This document shows positions 63,423-64,000 of a stretch of 64,000 nucleotides of DNA, in pieces; the first letter of the stretch is position 1; every line of letters starts with the position of its first letter. The notes under the pieces were generated by a model. The model worked only from the letters and a program-made list of their open reading frames with translations. It ran no database searches and had not been told where the DNA came from. Origin of the DNA: Candidatus Omnitrophota bacterium. Its GTDB lineage: Bacteria > Omnitrophota > Gorgyraeia > JAGLLT01. The position numbers were made by a program, and so were the translations under genes. The DNA lies in NCBI GenBank assembly GCA_030632085.1, contig DAOVJY010000002.1:77325-141324 (forward strand). Reading direction: 5' to 3'.

Positions 63423-64000
63423 ATGGACCTTTTTAATCAAAGCACAAAAGATAATAATCAATCCCCCGATGAACACACGCCTCTGGCCAACAGAATGAAG
63501 CCCACCTGTCTGAAAGATTTTGTTAATCAAAAGCATATTTTAGGTGAAGGTAAACCGCTTTTAAGAGCCATAAAGGCGGATAGGCTATCGTCACTTATTT
63601 TTTATGGCCCTCCCGGGGTTGGTAAGACGGCCCTGGCATATATCATTAATTATGAAACCAAAACTCATTTTCACCGTTTAAACGCGGCTATCTCTTCCGT
63701 AAAAGAGTTAAAAGATGTTATTTTGGTTGCCGGAAAAAGGAGGAGACATGATAATCAGCGTACTATTGTATTTATTGATGAAATTCACCGCTTTAATAAA
63801 GCCCAGCAAGATGTTTTATTACCCGATATTGAAGAGGGTAACATAATTCTCATCGGAGCTACTACATATAATCCTTTTTTTAGTATCATACCGGCTGTTT
63901 TATCCAGATCGGAAATATATGAATTAAAACCTTTAGAGGAAAATGATATAGAGTTAATAATAGAAAGAGCCTTAAAAGATAAAGAGAAAGGCCTGGGAAA
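63423..64000 (+). CDS. rarA: Replication-associated recombination protein A (3' truncated by window edge; absent from ORF track)
   Basis: Manual translation MDLF...PLANRMKP...FVNQKHILGEGKPL...YGPPGVGKT...FIDEIHRFNKAQQDVLLP...GATTYNPFF. Confidence 0.95.
   Translation, partial: MDLFNQSTKDNNQSPDEHTPLANRMKPTCLKDFVNQKHILGEGKPLLRAIKADRLSSLIFYGPPGVGKTALAYIINYETKTHFHRLNAAISSVKELKDVILVAGKRRRHDNQRTIVFIDEIHRFNKAQQDVLLPDIEEGNIILIGATTYNPFFSIIPAVLSRSEIYELKPLEENDIELIIERALKDKEKGLG

Overview
Low-GC bacterial chromosomal window with almost all genes on the + strand. The gene content (PVC-type pilus cluster with an Amuc_1100-like PilO, short PheT, Rnf, folate C1 genes) suggests Ca. Omnitrophota (inference). 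1-19.6 kb is a complete type IV filament cluster mixing T4aP parts (PilT, PilB, PilC, PilM-N fusion, PilO/P-like) with T2SS-like pseudopilins (three GspG-type, H/I/J-like, an ~810 aa GspK-like tip protein). Its secretin appears split inside the N3 domain into one TPR-N0 module and two signal-peptide-bearing barrel paralogs. The rest is housekeeping: polA-coaE-rho-rpmE-prfA-prmC-murA-rpsP-trmD-rplS, fchA-folD-metF-panB, a histone H1-like peptide (the only credible - strand gene), rnfCDGEAB with a miniature RnfB, a PyrR-attenuated pyr operon containing EndoQ and a CarA that has lost its catalytic triad, yicC-gmk-rpoZ-coaC-coaB, two remote pilins, tRNA-Cys/Leu/Val, thrS-infC-rpmI-rplT-pheST, 6S RNA and partial rarA. 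Intergenic DNA carries a dispersed structured element with conserved fold but variable sequence (tandem G.A pairs, GNA/GNRA loops, both orientations) and many A-rich 7-nt-periodic tracts with nested mini-hairpins. No CRISPR, integrase or transposase was seen.
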